Source: an uncultured Planctomycetota bacterium (GTDB lineage: Bacteria; Planctomycetota; Planctomycetia; Gemmatales; Gemmataceae). From it: a stretch of DNA of 64,000 nt. Each line of letters opens with the position of its first letter. The first letter of the stretch is position 1. The notes below the pieces were generated by a model, which was given only the letters and a program-made list of their open reading frames with translations, was not told the origin of the DNA and did no database searches. Shown here in pieces: positions 61,265 through 64,000 of this stretch. The stretch is taken from the NCBI GenBank assembly GCA_963849325.1, contig CAWKHF010000006.1, positions 736,001 to 800,000 of the forward strand, in the 5' to 3' direction. A program made the position numbers and the translations under genes.

Positions 61265-64000
61265 ATGATGCGCTGGAAGCACTCGATCCGCATCGATCTC
61301 TGTCCGCCGGAATGGCTCGCCAACGCCTGGGCTACCCTGCGCGGCTGGCTCAAAGACTCGCGCGTTCTCTCACGCCGCGACTTCGGGCCGCCCCGGCCAT
61401 GGCGACGCCGCGTCTACCTCGAAGTGGAAGCGCTCGAATTAAGACTGCTGCCCGCAGTTGACTTGTCCCAGTTCATCTCCACTTTCAACGCAGGAAACAC
61501 GCTGCCTATCTTGGCGGTTGCTTCCGCTTACCCGGCTCACGGCAGCACAGCCGGTCCTGGTCAGGATGACCTGAACACGAGCGGCACCCCCACGCCGAGT
61601 GTCCACAACGCCTTCCCGGGCGATAACGCTATCGACGAATCCTCTACCCGAAACGTAGGATCTGACGTTCCGCAACGCCCCCAAGAACAGCTTGGGCGAC
61701 CCGAGCACAGTCCCCATCGAAATCCAGGAAGACAACCAGATCCTACACCGACGACTACCCCAACGCCGATCACGCCTCAGGTTATAGGCCCGCACGCTAA
61801 GCTGCCTCCGAATTACGTCACCGGCCCCAGTTGCAACTGCGGTTGCCCTGACGAACCGGGCAGCACGGTGCAGTCAGCCGCGAATACCAACGCCACGACG
61901 AGTTCCGCCTCCTCCAGCGGAGCGACCGGCGGCAATGGTCCCGTCTACACACCCGGCGGCGGAGGCACGGGCGGGGTCGCTGTCCAAACAACGCCCCAGG
62001 TTGAGACCCCCTACCCTGTGCGCTTCGCCGACGGCACGGTGAACATTGCCGAGACCGACCTGCACTCCGACGCTTTCGGCTTCGCCTGGGGACAGACACG
62101 CTCCTGGAGCAACGGTCCCGGCTACGCCACCGGCTCCGACAACGGCAACGGCTGGGTCGATACCTACACGCCGCATCTCATCCAGGCCGGCGGCTGGGCT
62201 CCCAACAATACCCTCGCCGTCATCGCCAACGGCACCACCGCCTACTACTTCGACCTCCAGGACGACGGCAGCTACCAGGGACGATTCAGCGATCCCGCCA
62301 AGCTAACCGTCAACAGCAGCAACGACACCTACACGCTGACTGACGGCCAGGGCGATCAGATCGTCTTCGACGGCTTCGGCTCCAGTTGGCTGCCCGCCCA
62401 GAAGGGCCAGATGCAAAGCTACACCGACGCCAACGGCATCACCCTGGCCGTCACGTCTTACACCGCCGACGGCCACATCGCCGAGATGCAGCGTTCGGGC
62501 ACCAGCAACGGCAACACCGTCACCGAATCGTGGCTGTACAGTTACCTACCCTCGACCGACGCCAACGCCGGCCTGCTCCAGAGCGTCACCCTGCGACAGC
62601 AGACCAACGGCGGCGCCTGGACCACCGTGCAGCAGGTCCAGTACACCTACTACGACGGCAGCCAGCAGTACGGCGGCAGCCTCGGCGACTTGATGACCGC
62701 CACCGTACTCGATGGCAATAACAACGTCCTGTCCACCAGTTACTACCGCTACTACACGGCGGGGCAGGCCAACGGCTACGCCGGCGGTCTGGAGTACGTC
62801 TTCAATCCCGCCTCCTACACTCGACTGACCGCCGCTCTGGGCACCGACCTCGGCGACCTCACCGACGCGCAGGTGGCCCCCTTCGCCGACAACTATTTCC
62901 AGTACGACAGCCAGCAGCGCGTCATCCAGGAAGTAGCGCAAGGCGCGGGCGACTCGCAGACGGCCGGCGGCCTGGGTACCTACACCTTCAGCTACACCGC
63001 CAGCAACAACGCTCCCGGCTACAACAGTTGGGCAACCAAGACGGTCGTCACCAATCCCGACGGTAGTACGGACACGGTCTATACCAACGCCTACGGCCAG
63101 ACCATGCTCATCGATCACTACGATCCGATCAGCGGTCTGGATACCGATAACTTCTATGCCTACAACGATCAGGGCCAACTCATCCTGCAAGCGGCACCGT
63201 CGGCCGTCACCGGCTATGACGACAGCTACGCCGACCTGCTGAACAACGATCAGTATCTCAACAGCAACAGCGGCCTGATTACGCGCTACGACTATTACAC
63301 GACGACCACGGCGACGGAGACGACGGCGGGCGGCGTGGCCGGCTACCTGGAAGACAAGCAGATCCAGCAGGGGCAGCAAGGCGCGCTCGTACCGCAAGAG
63401 ACCTGGCAGTATTACGCCCACGCTTACGGTGGTCAGACCGTCGCGCCCATCGCCACCGACACCGTGTATCGCAACAGCGATGGCACCGGTGCCGAGACGA
63501 CTTCCTACGCTTACACCTGGTATAGCGGCACGGCCGAGATGCAGTCGGAGACGGTCAGCGCCCCAGTCATCTCGTCGGCCCAGAATGGTCCGGGCACGGC
63601 CGACGTGACCACGACCGTCTTCGATACCAACGGCAACCCCATCTGGGTGCAAGATCCCGACGGTTACATCCAGTACTTCGCCTACGATCCGCTGACGGGG
63701 GCGTTGGTCACGAGTATCGCCGACGTGAACACGGCGGACACGAGTGAATTCACGAACCTGCCGACGGGCTGGACGACGCCGACGGGCGGCGGCCTGAACC
63801 TGGTGACGCAGTATCAGGTGGACGACCGGGGACGGACCACGAAAGAGACCTCGCCCGATGGCAACATCACCTACTACGTCTATCTCGACGCCCAGCACGA
63901 AGAGCGCATCTACCAGGGCTGGAACGCCAGCAGCGGCATGCCCACCGGGCCTACCGAGGTCATCCGCGAAGACGCCGCCGACGGCTACGACGAAGTCTTC
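61265..64000 (+). CDS. RHS/YD-repeat protein, 3'-truncated by the window end
   Basis: Frame from ATG 61265 stays in register with the window end; DUF6531-like PVRFADGTV...WGQTRSWSN...GNGW; YD units YFQYDSQQRVIQE, YAYNDQGQL, FDTNGNPIWVQDPDG, YQVDDRGRTTKETSPDG; missing from the ORF track (no stop). Confidence 0.9.
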   Translation, partial: MMRWKHSIRIDLCPPEWLANAWATLRGWLKDSRVLSRRDFGPPRPWRRRVYLEVEALELRLLPAVDLSQFISTFNAGNTLPILAVASAYPAHGSTAGPGQDDLNTSGTPTPSVHNAFPGDNAIDESSTRNVGSDVPQRPQEQLGRPEHSPHRNPGRQPDPTPTTTPTPITPQVIGPHAKLPPNYVTGPSCNCGCPDEPGSTVQSAANTNATTSSASSSGATGGNGPVYTPGGGGTGGVAVQTTPQVETPYPVRFADGTVNIAETDLHSDAFGFAWGQTRSWSNGPGYATGSDNGNGWVDTYTPHLIQAGGWAPNNTLAVIANGTTAYYFDLQDDGSYQGRFSDPAKLTVNSSNDTYTLTDGQGDQIVFDGFGSSWLPAQKGQMQSYTDANGITLAVTSYTADGHIAEMQRSGTSNGNTVTESWLYSYLPSTDANAGLLQSVTLRQQTNGGAWTTVQQVQYTYYDGSQQYGGSLGDLMTATVLDGNNNVLSTSYYRYYTAGQANGYAGGLEYVFNPASYTRLTAALGTDLGDLTDAQVAPFADNYFQYDSQQRVIQEVAQGAGDSQTAGGLGTYTFSYTASNNAPGYNSWATKTVVTNPDGSTDTVYTNAYGQTMLIDHYDPISGLDTDNFYAYNDQGQLILQAAPSAVTGYDDSYADLLNNDQYLNSNSGLITRYDYYTTTTATETTAGGVAGYLEDKQIQQGQQGALVPQETWQYYAHAYGGQTVAPIATDTVYRNSDGTGAETTSYAYTWYSGTAEMQSETVSAPVISSAQNGPGTADVTTTVFDTNGNPIWVQDPDGYIQYFAYDPLTGALVTSIADVNTADTSEFTNLPTGWTTPTGGGLNLVTQYQVDDRGRTTKETSPDGNITYYVYLDAQHEERIYQGWNASSGMPTGPTEVIREDAADGYDEVF

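Noticed and set aside
62546-63898. 450-aa minus-strand ORF
   Set aside because: Antisense shadow of the RHS gene.

Overview
High-GC bacterial window, most likely Planctomycetota (probably Gemmatales). The evidence is DUF1592/DUF1552, DUF1080, DUF3500, TIGR03067, a BBP7-like barrel and several LEPR-XLL-type leaders. About 20 single-site frameshifts in otherwise intact genes point to uncorrected long-read indels. Left end: a pqqABCDE operon (pqqA missed by the ORF track) and a PQQ alcohol dehydrogenase carrying the lanthanide-type WDYDG motif. Middle and right: housekeeping and signalling genes (SDR, PHP hydrolase, ZAS-Ser/Thr kinase-UrtA receptor, HDAC, P-II, NUDIX, S53 protease, 2-oxoacid:ferredoxin oxidoreductase), several toxin-antitoxin-like pairs and many REP-like palindromes. 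The main find is a candidate polymorphic toxin/immunity locus at 28.3-44.6 kb. A ~2500-aa Ig-repeat (He_PIG/PKD-like/Calx-beta) protein ends in a variable C-terminal domain (possibly FAM78-like) and is followed by a secreted partner gene, a 167-bp MITE, and a 5'-truncated colinear 4.0-kb copy of the same repeat stalk (offset 6776 bp). That copy ends instead in a Zn-metalloprotease and is followed by two HEAT-repeat paralogs and a lipoprotein. The Ig-repeat protein shares an ungapped ~63-aa N-terminal leader and upstream DNA motifs with an RHS/YD protein starting at 61265, suggesting a common export route. No rRNA, tRNA, CRISPR array, transposase or integrase was recognised.
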